Assembly: GCA_964372485.1 (NCBI GenBank)
Contig: CAYJQI010000001.1
Span: 128,001 to 192,000, forward strand
From: an uncultured archaeon
GTDB lineage: Archaea > Aenigmatarchaeota > Aenigmatarchaeia > CG10238-14 > SCSR01
Length of the DNA stretch: 64,000 bases
Direction: 5' to 3'
In this document: positions 36,781-46,299 of the stretch, piece after piece
Layout: each line of letters starts with the position of its first letter
How positions within the stretch are numbered: position 1 is the stretch's first letter
The notes under the pieces: generated by a model
Seen by the model: the letters and a program-made list of their open reading frames with translations, nothing else
Databases searched by the model: none
What the model was told of the DNA's origin: nothing
Position numbers and translations under genes: made by a program

Positions 36781-37860
36781 ATGAAACGGAAGCCTAGAAT
36801 CCTATATCTAGGGAATTTTTCAGATCCAAAATTTGAAGGATTAATGACAATTGTGGGAAGTTTGGTATCAAATTTGAAAGTAGGTAAAATTTACACGAAT
36901 GATGAATCTAAATTGGATCAAGTGGATTTAATAAATATCCATTCATCGGGATTTTTTGAAGGGTGGTCTCATCGAAATACCAAAGGAACGAAAATTTATT
37001 CACTGCATGCAAACATAATACCTCTTTACTGGTCACGGATCAGGGATTATATTCAATGGTTAATGTTTGTTTATGATAAGAGATCTGATAATTCATCCTT
37101 TCGACTCAGAATGACAAAGATTATGGCAAATATAATAAGTAATTTTACTCCGCTCTTTGTGAAAAGGATTATTTTGAGTAAAATGGATGTTGTAGTTGTT
37201 CCAACTTTTTGGCTAATGGATAAACTGAAATTAAAAAATAGCTATTTGATACGTCATGGTATTGATGTAGATAAATTCAGGGGATATAGTAGTAAGAAAA
37301 TTGGGGAAAAGATTGTTGTTAGTTATTTTGGTCACCCGGATTCGGAGAAAGGTATATTTGAATTGATTCATGCATTCTCAAAATTGGATGGGAAATTTGA
37401 AAAGAGAATGTTTTTCACAGAAAAAAGTCAGAAATTAGAAAATTTTATCCGTAAAAAAGATGGGGCGATAAAAGTTTTTGGATTTGTGAAGAATATAGTT
37501 GACGAATACAATGCATCGGATATAGTTGTTCTTCCGTATCGTCATGCTTTAGGTGGAATTGCAACACCTCTTGTACTATTAGAGGCTATGGCATGCGGGA
37601 AGGCAATTATTACAACTGATCTACCACATTTGAGAGAAATTTGCACTGATTCTGCTGTATATGTGAAACCAAATTCACCGAAAAGTATAGTTGAAGCAAT
37701 TAGGAAACTTCAAAGTGATCCTGAGATGATAGAGTTGTTAGGGAAAAGAGCGCGAGAAAGAGCTGTCAAGTATTATGACCAGGAAAAAATGTTTTTTGAG
37801 TATAGAAAATTATACGAAACTGTCATTGCTTCTGTACAACGACGAACAAATGCCGCCTGA
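36781..37860 (+). CDS. glycosyltransferase, GT-B fold (group 1)
   Basis: 359 aa. ..GIATPLVLLEAMACGKAIITTDLPHLREI.. Confidence 0.75.
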   Translation: MKRKPRILYLGNFSDPKFEGLMTIVGSLVSNLKVGKIYTNDESKLDQVDLINIHSSGFFEGWSHRNTKGTKIYSLHANIIPLYWSRIRDYIQWLMFVYDKRSDNSSFRLRMTKIMANIISNFTPLFVKRIILSKMDVVVVPTFWLMDKLKLKNSYLIRHGIDVDKFRGYSSKKIGEKIVVSYFGHPDSEKGIFELIHAFSKLDGKFEKRMFFTEKSQKLENFIRKKDGAIKVFGFVKNIVDEYNASDIVVLPYRHALGGIATPLVLLEAMACGKAIITTDLPHLREICTDSAVYVKPNSPKSIVEAIRKLQSDPEMIELLGKRARERAVKYYDQEKMFFEYRKLYETVIASVQRRTNAA

Positions 37861-38542
37861 AAAAGAGTGGTAATGGTACAAATCGTTCCAAGAATGCAAC
37901 TATTGATCGTAGGATTGGAATTTTGTAGAAAGTACGCGCGTAGGAAAATAATCCGATGGTTTCATGTTTGTAAGGTTTGAAAAATTCTTCCAATTCTCCT
38001 ATAGTGAATAATCGAGTCCTTTCGGCATTTGGACTGGTCAATAAAGAAAGTTTTGTCCATGGGGAATTCTTGTGTGGAAAGTCACATATCACAACTCCGC
38101 CTTTTTTTGTAACTCTATACATTTCTTTGAAAGCTTTTTTGTAATCTGGCAAGTGCATCAAAACATGCATTGTATAGGTACAGTCGAAAGTATTCGCGTC
38201 GTATTGTATATTTTCTATATCGCCTTCTTTCAGATTGACTTTAACATTCAGATTCTTCAATTTTCTTTTGAATTCTGCAAGCATGTTCTTTGAAGGATCA
38301 ATTCCATAACATTCAAGACCGTTTAATGCCAGATACATCAATATTCTTCCTGTTCCGCATCCGGCTTCCAAGATTTTTTGAGAATTATTCTTCTTTATGA
38401 TTTTATGAATCAGTTTTCTCTGCATCTCGTCCATTAATTTTCCTTCAAAGTTTCCTGATCTATCAGAATCATATTCATTTGCAGTTTTTTCGTATTCTTT
38501 TAGAACTTCTTCCTTAGTTCTAAACTTCAATTTCGGTTGCAT
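37823..38542 (-). CDS. class I SAM-dependent methyltransferase
   Basis: 239 aa. ILEAGCGTGRILMYL..FDCTYTMHVLMHL. Its 3' end overlaps the convergent glycosyltransferase gene by 38 nt. Confidence 0.75.
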   Translation of the reverse strand: MQPKLKFRTKEEVLKEYEKTANEYDSDRSGNFEGKLMDEMQRKLIHKIIKKNNSQKILEAGCGTGRILMYLALNGLECYGIDPSKNMLAEFKRKLKNLNVKVNLKEGDIENIQYDANTFDCTYTMHVLMHLPDYKKAFKEMYRVTKKGGVVICDFPHKNSPWTKLSLLTSPNAERTRLFTIGELEEFFKPYKHETIGLFSYARTFYKIPILRSIVAFLERFVPLPLFFRRHLFVVVQKQ

Positions 38543-38609
38543 ATTACCATTATATGGGATTTTAAAGATAGTTAATCTTTTAATGTTTCTTAACTTTATC
38601 TAATGGTAT

Positions 38610-39032
38610 ATGAATATGCCCAACGAAAACATCGAACGTGTTGAGGTTAATGGGGAATTACTGGCTATAGTTGTCAGGAACTCTTATAACGTGATGGGAA
38701 TTAATTTTCTTACTCCTGACGATCTGACACTCCAATTTGGCATACATAATAGGGAATCTGGTGAGCAGTCAAAAGCACACAAACATTTTGTTATACCTGA
38801 ATTATCGGATATACCCATTTTGGAAGTTTTTCACATCGTCGAAGGTAAGGCTAAAGTTACTTTTTTTGATGATAATACGAAGGAATTAAGTAATGTTATC
38901 CTAAACGTCGGAGATTCTCTCATTAATACGGGATTGAGAATGCATTCTGTAGATTATATGGAAAAAACTAAGATGATCGAGATAAAACAAGGTCCTTACA
39001 GAGGAAAAGAGAAGGACAAAATGGCGCAATGA
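38610..39032 (+). CDS. cupin-fold protein (possible sugar isomerase/epimerase accessory)
   Basis: 140 aa. ..GEQSKAHKHFV..EVFHIVEGKAKVTFFDD..GDSLINTGLRMHSV.. resembles a small cupin barrel. Weak call. Confidence 0.4.
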   Translation: MNMPNENIERVEVNGELLAIVVRNSYNVMGINFLTPDDLTLQFGIHNRESGEQSKAHKHFVIPELSDIPILEVFHIVEGKAKVTFFDDNTKELSNVILNVGDSLINTGLRMHSVDYMEKTKMIEIKQGPYRGKEKDKMAQ

Positions 39033-39079
39033 GAAAGTTATTTAAAAGTGTTACCTTTCTATTTATTTAGAGGCGCTGC

Positions 39080-39421
39080 ATGGAAGACAATTTGGTTGAA
39101 GAAATTAGACGACATATAATTTCGAGTAGGATAGAGAAAAGGTCTTTGAACACAGAATTTTTCACGAAATCTGGATTTACACACGTTGAGAAGGATAATC
39201 TAAATTCAGGTGAGTTGGCCAATAGTTGGAAAAAGTCAATTGGAAATAAAGAGATTTCAATCATTCACAGTGTTAAAAGTGAAGAAGGATTGATCATGCC
39301 TGTGCCTGATAAAGTTAGGGTAAGTTTGATAATTAAGAATACTGAAACCAACGAGGAACATAAAGAGGAATATGTTTGGAATGAAAGAGCATCCCCATTG
39401 TCTAAGGAGGAAATATTATAA
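39080..39421 (+). CDS. hypothetical protein
   Basis: 113-aa ORF ending 8 nt before gmd. No motif I recognise. Confidence 0.35.
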   Translation: MEDNLVEEIRRHIISSRIEKRSLNTEFFTKSGFTHVEKDNLNSGELANSWKKSIGNKEISIIHSVKSEEGLIMPVPDKVRVSLIIKNTETNEEHKEEYVWNERASPLSKEEIL

Positions 39422-39429
39422 GTGATGTT

Positions 39430-40485
39430 ATGAAAACTGCGTTGATAACAGGAGTCACAGGTCAAGATGGTGCATATTTGGCTGATTTTCTATTAAAGAA
39501 AGGGTATAGTGTATTTGGAACGTACAGACGTGTATCAACTCCTAACTTTTGGAGATTACAATCAATGAATGTTTTTGATAAAATCGATTTGATACCAGTA
39601 GATTTGGTAGATACGGGATCTATTTTGGAAGCCATAAAAATCTCCAATCCTGATGAAGTCTATCATTTGGCAGCACAAAGTTTTGTTGGTGCGTCATTCG
39701 AACAACCTATATCAACTGGAATGGTTACAGGATTGGGAACCGTTAGACTCCTTGAAGCAATACGAGTATTCAATCAAAAAATTAAATTCTATAACGCAAC
39801 TACAAGTGAACTTTATGGAACTGTAAAATCAGAACCGCAAAATGAGAATACACCATTTTATCCAGCGAGCCCATATGCTACAGCGAAATTGTATTCATTC
39901 TGGACAACATCAAACTACAGAAATGGATATGGAATTTTTGCAAGCAATGGAATTTTGTTCAATCATGAATCTCCTATGAGAGGATTGGAATTTATTACAA
40001 GAAAAATTTCTAATAGTGTTGCGAAAATAAAACTTGGGATAGAAACCAAACTTGAGATTGGTAATTTAGAAGCGAAAAGGGATTGGGGATATGCTCCAGA
40101 ATATGTTGAAGGGATGTGGAATATACTTCAACATGACACTCCAGATGATTTTGTTTTGGCGACTAATGAAACTCATTCCGTAAAAGAATTTGCGCAACAT
40201 GCATTCGAGGCTGTTGGATTAAATTGGGAAGAGTATGTTCAGATCAATAAAAGATTCAAACGACCTTTGGAAACTGGTACTTTGAGGGGAGATGCTTCAA
40301 AAGCAAAACAGAAATTGGGATGGGAACCGAAAACGAAATTTGCGAATTTGGTAAAAATAATGGTTGAAGAAGATCTCAAAAGATGGAAAATGTGGCAAGA
40401 AGGAAAAGCATTTCCATGGGATGCTCCAAATTATCCTAATGAGTCAAGAATTTTATCAAGATCTATGACTCTGGAAAAGGTATAA
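39430..40485 (+). CDS. gmd: GDP-mannose 4,6-dehydratase
   Basis: 351 aa. ALITGVTGQDGAYLADFLLKKGY.V.GTYRR.S..NFWRL.., SPYATAKLY, ..LFNHESPMRG..FITRKI.. are characteristic GMD blocks. Confidence 0.9.
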   Translation: MKTALITGVTGQDGAYLADFLLKKGYSVFGTYRRVSTPNFWRLQSMNVFDKIDLIPVDLVDTGSILEAIKISNPDEVYHLAAQSFVGASFEQPISTGMVTGLGTVRLLEAIRVFNQKIKFYNATTSELYGTVKSEPQNENTPFYPASPYATAKLYSFWTTSNYRNGYGIFASNGILFNHESPMRGLEFITRKISNSVAKIKLGIETKLEIGNLEAKRDWGYAPEYVEGMWNILQHDTPDDFVLATNETHSVKEFAQHAFEAVGLNWEEYVQINKRFKRPLETGTLRGDASKAKQKLGWEPKTKFANLVKIMVEEDLKRWKMWQEGKAFPWDAPNYPNESRILSRSMTLEKV

Positions 40486-40496
40486 GCTGTGATTTT

Positions 40497-41597
40497 GTGA
40501 AAGTCGCTCTGGTAAATAATTACCATCCATTTTCAGGAGCAGGTAAATACGCATTCAATTTGTTAACGAATTTTAGAAAATTTGATAAAAATGTTAAAAT
40601 GTTTTACTTGGAAACAAAGGATAACAAAATTGGAAATGTAAATGGGGTTCAGAAAATTCAAAAAGATCTTTTTTTTACGGAAATAAACAAAAGTATTCTT
40701 CCATATTTCTGGTTTACACAAAATGTGCCATCGGGTTTCGATATTTATCACGCCACAAATCAATTCCTAGCAAGGGTAGCCAAGTATCATAAAAACAGTA
40801 TAATCACTCACATGGATATTCGACCAATAGCATTTCCATACGACTTTAGAATGAGATTAGTTGGTGTAATGTTGAAACGTTTGATGAAATATTATAAACA
40901 CGCCGCAAAAATTCTCGCACTTTCACAAGTTGTCAAAGATGAAATTGTTGAAATGAAAATAGTAGAAGAAGATAAGGTGGATGTTGTTTATCCTGGATAT
41001 GATCCTAAAACTTACAAACCAATTTCAAAAATTAAAGCCAGACAAAAACTTGGACTACCTCAAAATGCAAAGATTGTTATAAATGTTGGGAGTGAAGAAC
41101 CAGTAAAAAATATTCCGATGCTTATGAATGCTATATCCGAAATACAGAAAGATTTGCCAGAAATAATGTTAGTTAGAATTGGTGGAAGTAAGGAATCTGG
41201 GAAATACTGGAAAGAAGAATCAGATACACGAGATAAAATAAATGTCAGACAATTCCAGAAGATACCAGAGTCAGAGATGCATCTGTATTATAATGCAGCA
41301 GATGTGTGCGTAACTCCGGTTTTGTATGGTGAAGGGTTTCTCTTTCCTCCATTAGAAGCGATGGCATGTGGTGTACCATCAATAGTATCGGATGAATTGA
41401 AAGTTTTTGAGAAAGGTAGTATAGTTGTTGGGAAGAATGATGAAAAAGAGTTGAAAGAATCCATTCATGATGTCTTAACCAATCGTTTGTTAAGTAAAAA
41501 ACTTTCTCGGAAAGGTTTGGTAGAAGCAAAGAACTTTACTTTGGAGAAGAATGTACAAAAAACATATAAAGCATATGAAGAAGTTATGAGAGGTTAA
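40497..41597 (+). CDS. glycosyltransferase, GT-B fold (group 1)
   Basis: 366 aa with a GTG start. ..EGFLFPPLEAMACGVPSIVSDELKVFE.. Confidence 0.75.
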   Translation: MKVALVNNYHPFSGAGKYAFNLLTNFRKFDKNVKMFYLETKDNKIGNVNGVQKIQKDLFFTEINKSILPYFWFTQNVPSGFDIYHATNQFLARVAKYHKNSIITHMDIRPIAFPYDFRMRLVGVMLKRLMKYYKHAAKILALSQVVKDEIVEMKIVEEDKVDVVYPGYDPKTYKPISKIKARQKLGLPQNAKIVINVGSEEPVKNIPMLMNAISEIQKDLPEIMLVRIGGSKESGKYWKEESDTRDKINVRQFQKIPESEMHLYYNAADVCVTPVLYGEGFLFPPLEAMACGVPSIVSDELKVFEKGSIVVGKNDEKELKESIHDVLTNRLLSKKLSRKGLVEAKNFTLEKNVQKTYKAYEEVMRG

Positions 41598-41636
41598 CAA
41601 GATTAAATTAGTTAAAAATTATTTAGGATTGATGAA

Positions 41637-42746
41637 ATGATAAAAATACCAGTATCAGAACCACTTTTGAGCGGAAATGAAGCAAAGTATGTTGAAGATT
41701 GCGTAAAAACAGGTTGGATATCATCAGGTGGAAAGTACATAGGAGAATTTGAAAATAGTTTTGCGAAGTATGTAAATTCAAAACACGCTATAACATCTTC
41801 CAATGGAACAACCGCGTTACATTTAGCAATGTTGGCATTAGGAATAGGAAATAAGGATGAAGTAATCGTACCTAATTTCACAATGATCGCGAGTGTGAAT
41901 TCTGTAGTATACACAGGTGCAAAACCAGTTTTTGTCGATGTAGAGCCTCGAACGTGGACTATCGACGTAAGTAAGATTGAAGAAAAAATAACCGAGTCAA
42001 CGAAAGCTATAATGCCTGTTCACATTTTCGGACATCCGTGTGATATGGATCCTATATTGGATATTGCGAAAGAACATGATCTTTTTGTAATTGAAGATGC
42101 AGCAGAAGCAATTGGTGCAGAGTATAAAGGAAAAATAGTTGGGTGTCTTGGTGATGTAGGTGCATTCAGTTTCTATGGCAATAAAAATATTACAACAGGA
42201 GAAGGTGGAATGACTGTAACAAATAATGATGAGTTAGCAGAGTTGATGAAATCATTCAAAAATCATTGGTTTGATAAAGAAAGAACGTACGTACACAAAA
42301 AAGTTGGATTTAATTATCGAATGACAAATATACAAGCTGCAATTGGATTAGCACAACTTGAGAATGTGAATAAACATGTGGAACTTAAACGAAAAATGGG
42401 GCAGACTTACAATAAATTATTAGAAAATGTTACTGGTGTTAGAATTCCTATAGAAGAAAAATGGGCGAAAAATGTTTATTGGATGTATTCGATTTTACTG
42501 CAAAATAGTTTCGGAAAAACTAGAGATTTTGTAAGAGCAGAATTGGAAAAAATGGGTGTTGACACCAGACTTTTGTTTTTTCCAATGAATTCACAACCAT
42601 GTTACAAATTTTTGAATGATACAGATAGTTATCCTGTATCTGAAGAACTATATAAGACTGGATTCTATCTTCCATCAGGATTAACACTAAAAAATGAAGA
42701 TATTGAATTTGTTGTTGATTGCTTACAGAAAATAAAATCATTGTAG
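41637..42746 (+). CDS. DegT/DnrJ/EryC1-family PLP aminotransferase, GDP-perosamine synthase-like
   Basis: 369 aa. IPVSEPLLSGNEAKYVEDCVKTGWISSGGKYIGEFENSFAKYV..KHAITSSNGTTALHLAM resembles the RfbE/Per N-terminus. ..SFYGNKNITTGEGG.. is the PLP-lysine region. gmd lies 1.1 kb upstream. Confidence 0.8.
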   Translation: MIKIPVSEPLLSGNEAKYVEDCVKTGWISSGGKYIGEFENSFAKYVNSKHAITSSNGTTALHLAMLALGIGNKDEVIVPNFTMIASVNSVVYTGAKPVFVDVEPRTWTIDVSKIEEKITESTKAIMPVHIFGHPCDMDPILDIAKEHDLFVIEDAAEAIGAEYKGKIVGCLGDVGAFSFYGNKNITTGEGGMTVTNNDELAELMKSFKNHWFDKERTYVHKKVGFNYRMTNIQAAIGLAQLENVNKHVELKRKMGQTYNKLLENVTGVRIPIEEKWAKNVYWMYSILLQNSFGKTRDFVRAELEKMGVDTRLLFFPMNSQPCYKFLNDTDSYPVSEELYKTGFYLPSGLTLKNEDIEFVVDCLQKIKSL

Positions 42747-42755
42747 AGTGTAATT

Positions 42756-43835
42756 ATGAAAATCGGAATGATAGGCAGATTTCCTCCGGAAAATATTCCA
42801 TTCGCAAGCTACTTGAAGAATCTAGTGGATAATCTTGAAGAAGAATGCGAAGTCGTCACAATAGGTTTGCGTGAATCTGATTGTGATTATGTGTTAAATG
42901 TAAATAAAAATTTCACGAAAGAACTTGAAAATATTGTTCAAAAAGAAAAATTAGATATTTTACACATCCAATACATTGCAAGTAGTGATTATTTTGCGCA
43001 GAATAGTAGGTTCTCTGTGAAAAATTATGTTAACACAATACGCGCGACTCTGAAATTATCAAAAGTTATGAAAAAATTAAAAATCCCTAAAGTTACTACG
43101 CTCCACGAGTTGAATATATATTCTGAAAATATGAAACAATCGATGGTTAGGTGGCTTGAACAAAAAATTATTTCGAAATCAGATATAATATTAGTTCATT
43201 CAAATCGACAAAAGAAAATTTTAACGAATAGAAAAATAAATGTAGAATCCGTGAGATTTGGTCTTATACCAGTAAATCTTGAGAAGAAAGTTGGGAAGAA
43301 CCTTTTATATCTCGCAACAATCTATCCCTCAAGAGGAGTAGAATACTTGATAAGAGCGATGAAGTTTTTACCAGATTATAATTTAGTTATAAAAGGCCCT
43401 ATAATGGATGAAGCTTATGCGCAACTTTTGAAAGACGAAATAAAAAATAATGATTTGAAAAATGTGAGTTTAGGATTTGACTGGGGAAATAAAAAAGATA
43501 GAGATAAGTTGTATAGAAAGGCGAATATTGTTGTACTACCGTATTTGTGGGCCCCGAATCAATCCGCTGCTTTACACGATGCATTTTCTTACAAGACACC
43601 AGTTGTAGTCACAAATACTAATGGGCCTATAGATGAAACGGTTAAAGAATTTGGATGTGGGGTGGTTGTAGAGAAGAAAGATCCACAAATGTTAGCAGAA
43701 GGTGTTCAAGAAGTGTATAAAAATTATAAAAAATACATGAAAGGCATTGAAGACTACAGAAAAATTTCAAATTGGCGTTCTGTAGCCGAGTCACATATAA
43801 AAATCTATAAAAAACTTTTGAAAGTGAGTAATTAA
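42756..43835 (+). CDS. glycosyltransferase, GT-B-like
   Basis: 359 aa. MKIGMIGRFPP.. and ..AALHDAFSYKTPVVVTNTNGPIDETV.. Divergent member. Confidence 0.65.
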   Translation: MKIGMIGRFPPENIPFASYLKNLVDNLEEECEVVTIGLRESDCDYVLNVNKNFTKELENIVQKEKLDILHIQYIASSDYFAQNSRFSVKNYVNTIRATLKLSKVMKKLKIPKVTTLHELNIYSENMKQSMVRWLEQKIISKSDIILVHSNRQKKILTNRKINVESVRFGLIPVNLEKKVGKNLLYLATIYPSRGVEYLIRAMKFLPDYNLVIKGPIMDEAYAQLLKDEIKNNDLKNVSLGFDWGNKKDRDKLYRKANIVVLPYLWAPNQSAALHDAFSYKTPVVVTNTNGPIDETVKEFGCGVVVEKKDPQMLAEGVQEVYKNYKKYMKGIEDYRKISNWRSVAESHIKIYKKLLKVSN

Positions 43836-44650
43836 TGTCTTTCCTAAAGAAAATTTTTGTTTTCGTAACCAATTTCAGATATGGATCTACAATAGCTGAT
43901 AAAATAAAAATATTTTTACATAATTTTTTGTTTATGGTAACATATCCCTTAAATCGGATATCATTTTTATTACTGAAAAGAAATTTGTTTCATCCCAAAA
44001 TACTTTTCAGACAGTTTAAGGTGCGAAACTCTGATGGAGTTTTCATTTGTCGAGATAATGTAGATGTAGATATTGTTTCAGAGAGCTTTGAAAAAGAGAT
44101 AAGAAATGTGTTTAAGGATTTTAAAGAAGGTGTTTTCGTAGATATTGGAGCAAACATAGGAAAATATACCGTAATGATTGGAAATCAAATGAAAGGGAAG
44201 GGAAAAATAATTTCAGTAGAGCCTCATCCGAGTAATTTTGAGATCTTGAAGAAGAATGTTGAATTGAACAAATGTGATAATGTAACATTGGTAAATGCCG
44301 CATGTTGGAATACAAAAAGTACTTTGAAATTATTCAGTCATGAGACTCATCCGTTATTAGCTTCTGCTGTAAAAGAATCCAAAGAGTTCATTACAGTGGA
44401 CAGTGAACCTCTCGATGATATTTTAGACAGAGTTGGTGTAAAGGATGTGGATTTGGTCAAAATAGATGTAGAAGGCGCTGAACCAAAGGTGATGGAAGGT
44501 ATGAAACGTCTACTTCAAACTAGTAAGCCTAAAATTATCTTTGAAGCGTGGGATGCAAGCTTTGTTGAAGCATGTAGAAAGGTTTTGGAGACGTACAATT
44601 ATAAAATAAATCAATTAAGCTCAATATATTGGGTAGGGACAAGCAATTGA
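43835..44650 (+). CDS. FkbM-family methyltransferase
   Basis: 271 aa. VFVDIGANIGKYTV..ISVEPHPSNFEILKKN..DLVKIDVEGAEPKVMEGM. Confidence 0.75.
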   Translation: MSFLKKIFVFVTNFRYGSTIADKIKIFLHNFLFMVTYPLNRISFLLLKRNLFHPKILFRQFKVRNSDGVFICRDNVDVDIVSESFEKEIRNVFKDFKEGVFVDIGANIGKYTVMIGNQMKGKGKIISVEPHPSNFEILKKNVELNKCDNVTLVNAACWNTKSTLKLFSHETHPLLASAVKESKEFITVDSEPLDDILDRVGVKDVDLVKIDVEGAEPKVMEGMKRLLQTSKPKIIFEAWDASFVEACRKVLETYNYKINQLSSIYWVGTSN

Positions 44651-44692
44651 TCTCTTTAAAAATTTTAGGTGTTAATATAACATATCTTACAA

Positions 44693-46294
44693 GTGAATAA
44701 AGTGAAAATAGACATAAACTCAAGGGACTTTATTTTGGTACTTCTAATCATAATCGGTATAGTATTCATTCTCGAGTCCAATCTCTCGCTAAAAAGTGAG
44801 ATTACTTTTGGGGACGAAGGTTTCCACGCTGGAACAATCAGATGGATAGCAGAGAATAAGGAATACCCTCAATGGGACCATCTCGGATATACGGATGTGT
44901 TTAAAACAAGTTACTCTAGACCGCCACTATTTCATTTTCTTGGCGCTGGATTTATGATGCTATCAGGAAATAGTGAGACGATTTTAAAAATTTTACCTCC
45001 TCTGATCAGTGCGTTAATAGGAATTACATTCTATCTACTCACCAAAAGATTATACAACAAAGAAATAGGTGCGATCGCAACATTAATTCTATTAGGACTA
45101 CCCTCTTTTGTTACATACACTGTACTAGTGCTTGATGAAATTCTCTTTACGTTCTACATGCTGATGTTTGTTTTCACATTCTTCCTTGCAATAAAGGAGA
45201 ACAGTAAAAAATATTGGATCTTATCAGCAATCTTTGCAGGATTATCAATATTAACGAAAAATGCGGGTCTGATAGTTTTCGTTTTCATGGGATTATCATT
45301 TTTATATATAGCCCTCAAGGAAAGAAAATACAAATATCATTTGAAACAATACGCTTCATTTGCTATAATAATTTTGCTAATAACTGGGTTCTACTTTTTG
45401 AGAAATCTTGCCTTTTTCGGAACACCGACATGTTATCCAATACCTCTTTTATCAGTTGATATAAGCGGGTGTGAGGTGAGAAATTTTGTAGATCAAAGGG
45501 AATTTGATGTAAGAACTTTGTCGGGTGGTAGTGAGAATAGTATATTGAACTTTGGTCTGATTAATTACATTAATTTTGCATATGGAAATTATTTGTTTGT
45601 ATTAATGGGACTCATCGGGGGATTAATTGTTTTCTTCAGAAAACCAGATAGTGTAACACCATTCTTTCTAATAATTTTAGTGTTGGGTGTAGTTGTTTTG
45701 TTGCAAACTGTACAGAGAACAGAAGATGCGGCAAGACAATTGATACCATGGGCAACTTTATTATCTGTAGTTAGTGCAAAATACTGGAATGAAATTTATA
45801 CATTCTTAGGAAAATATCTAAAATACTTGGGAATGATAGTTATAGTTGTTATTTTGTTTCTCGGTTATCATAGTGTCACTGACAAATTAGCAACGATGGA
45901 GAATGTAAAAAGATTTTCTCCATTATTCTTTGAAGATTGTAATTGGGTTAAAGCAAATCTAGCTGAAGACGTTAAGATATTGACATTCTGGGGATATAGA
46001 GCTGCATATAGTTGCGATAGAATCATAAGTCCGGCATGGGCAGATATACGTCTCAATGATAATCCAGATGATATTGTTAATATATCAAAGATGCATGGTA
46101 TAACACACTTTTTCATACAAAAATTCAGTCTTTCTCAACAACCATCTAGAGAAAGTTATTCGATTGCATTTGTACAGTTGCTTGAAAATAATCCTGAAAA
46201 GTTTGTAAAAGTACACGAGAGTGGTCCACTCTTGAATGATTGTATACAACAAGGTGGATGTGATGGGAATATAATTTATAAAGTCGCCTATTAA
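44693..46294 (+). CDS. GT-C fold glycosyltransferase (ArnT / PMT family 39/83-like)
   Basis: 533 aa with a GTG start. ..FGDEGFHAGTIRWIAE..YSRPPLFHFLGAGFMML.. followed by about 10 TM helices and a soluble C-terminal domain. Confidence 0.6.
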   Translation: MNKVKIDINSRDFILVLLIIIGIVFILESNLSLKSEITFGDEGFHAGTIRWIAENKEYPQWDHLGYTDVFKTSYSRPPLFHFLGAGFMMLSGNSETILKILPPLISALIGITFYLLTKRLYNKEIGAIATLILLGLPSFVTYTVLVLDEILFTFYMLMFVFTFFLAIKENSKKYWILSAIFAGLSILTKNAGLIVFVFMGLSFLYIALKERKYKYHLKQYASFAIIILLITGFYFLRNLAFFGTPTCYPIPLLSVDISGCEVRNFVDQREFDVRTLSGGSENSILNFGLINYINFAYGNYLFVLMGLIGGLIVFFRKPDSVTPFFLIILVLGVVVLLQTVQRTEDAARQLIPWATLLSVVSAKYWNEIYTFLGKYLKYLGMIVIVVILFLGYHSVTDKLATMENVKRFSPLFFEDCNWVKANLAEDVKILTFWGYRAAYSCDRIISPAWADIRLNDNPDDIVNISKMHGITHFFIQKFSLSQQPSRESYSIAFVQLLENNPEKFVKVHESGPLLNDCIQQGGCDGNIIYKVAY

Positions 46295-46299
46295 TTAGT

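Noticed and set aside
41612-41914. 100-aa minus-strand ORF
   Set aside because: Antisense to the 5' end of the DegT/perosamine-synthase-like gene, which has strong family motifs.
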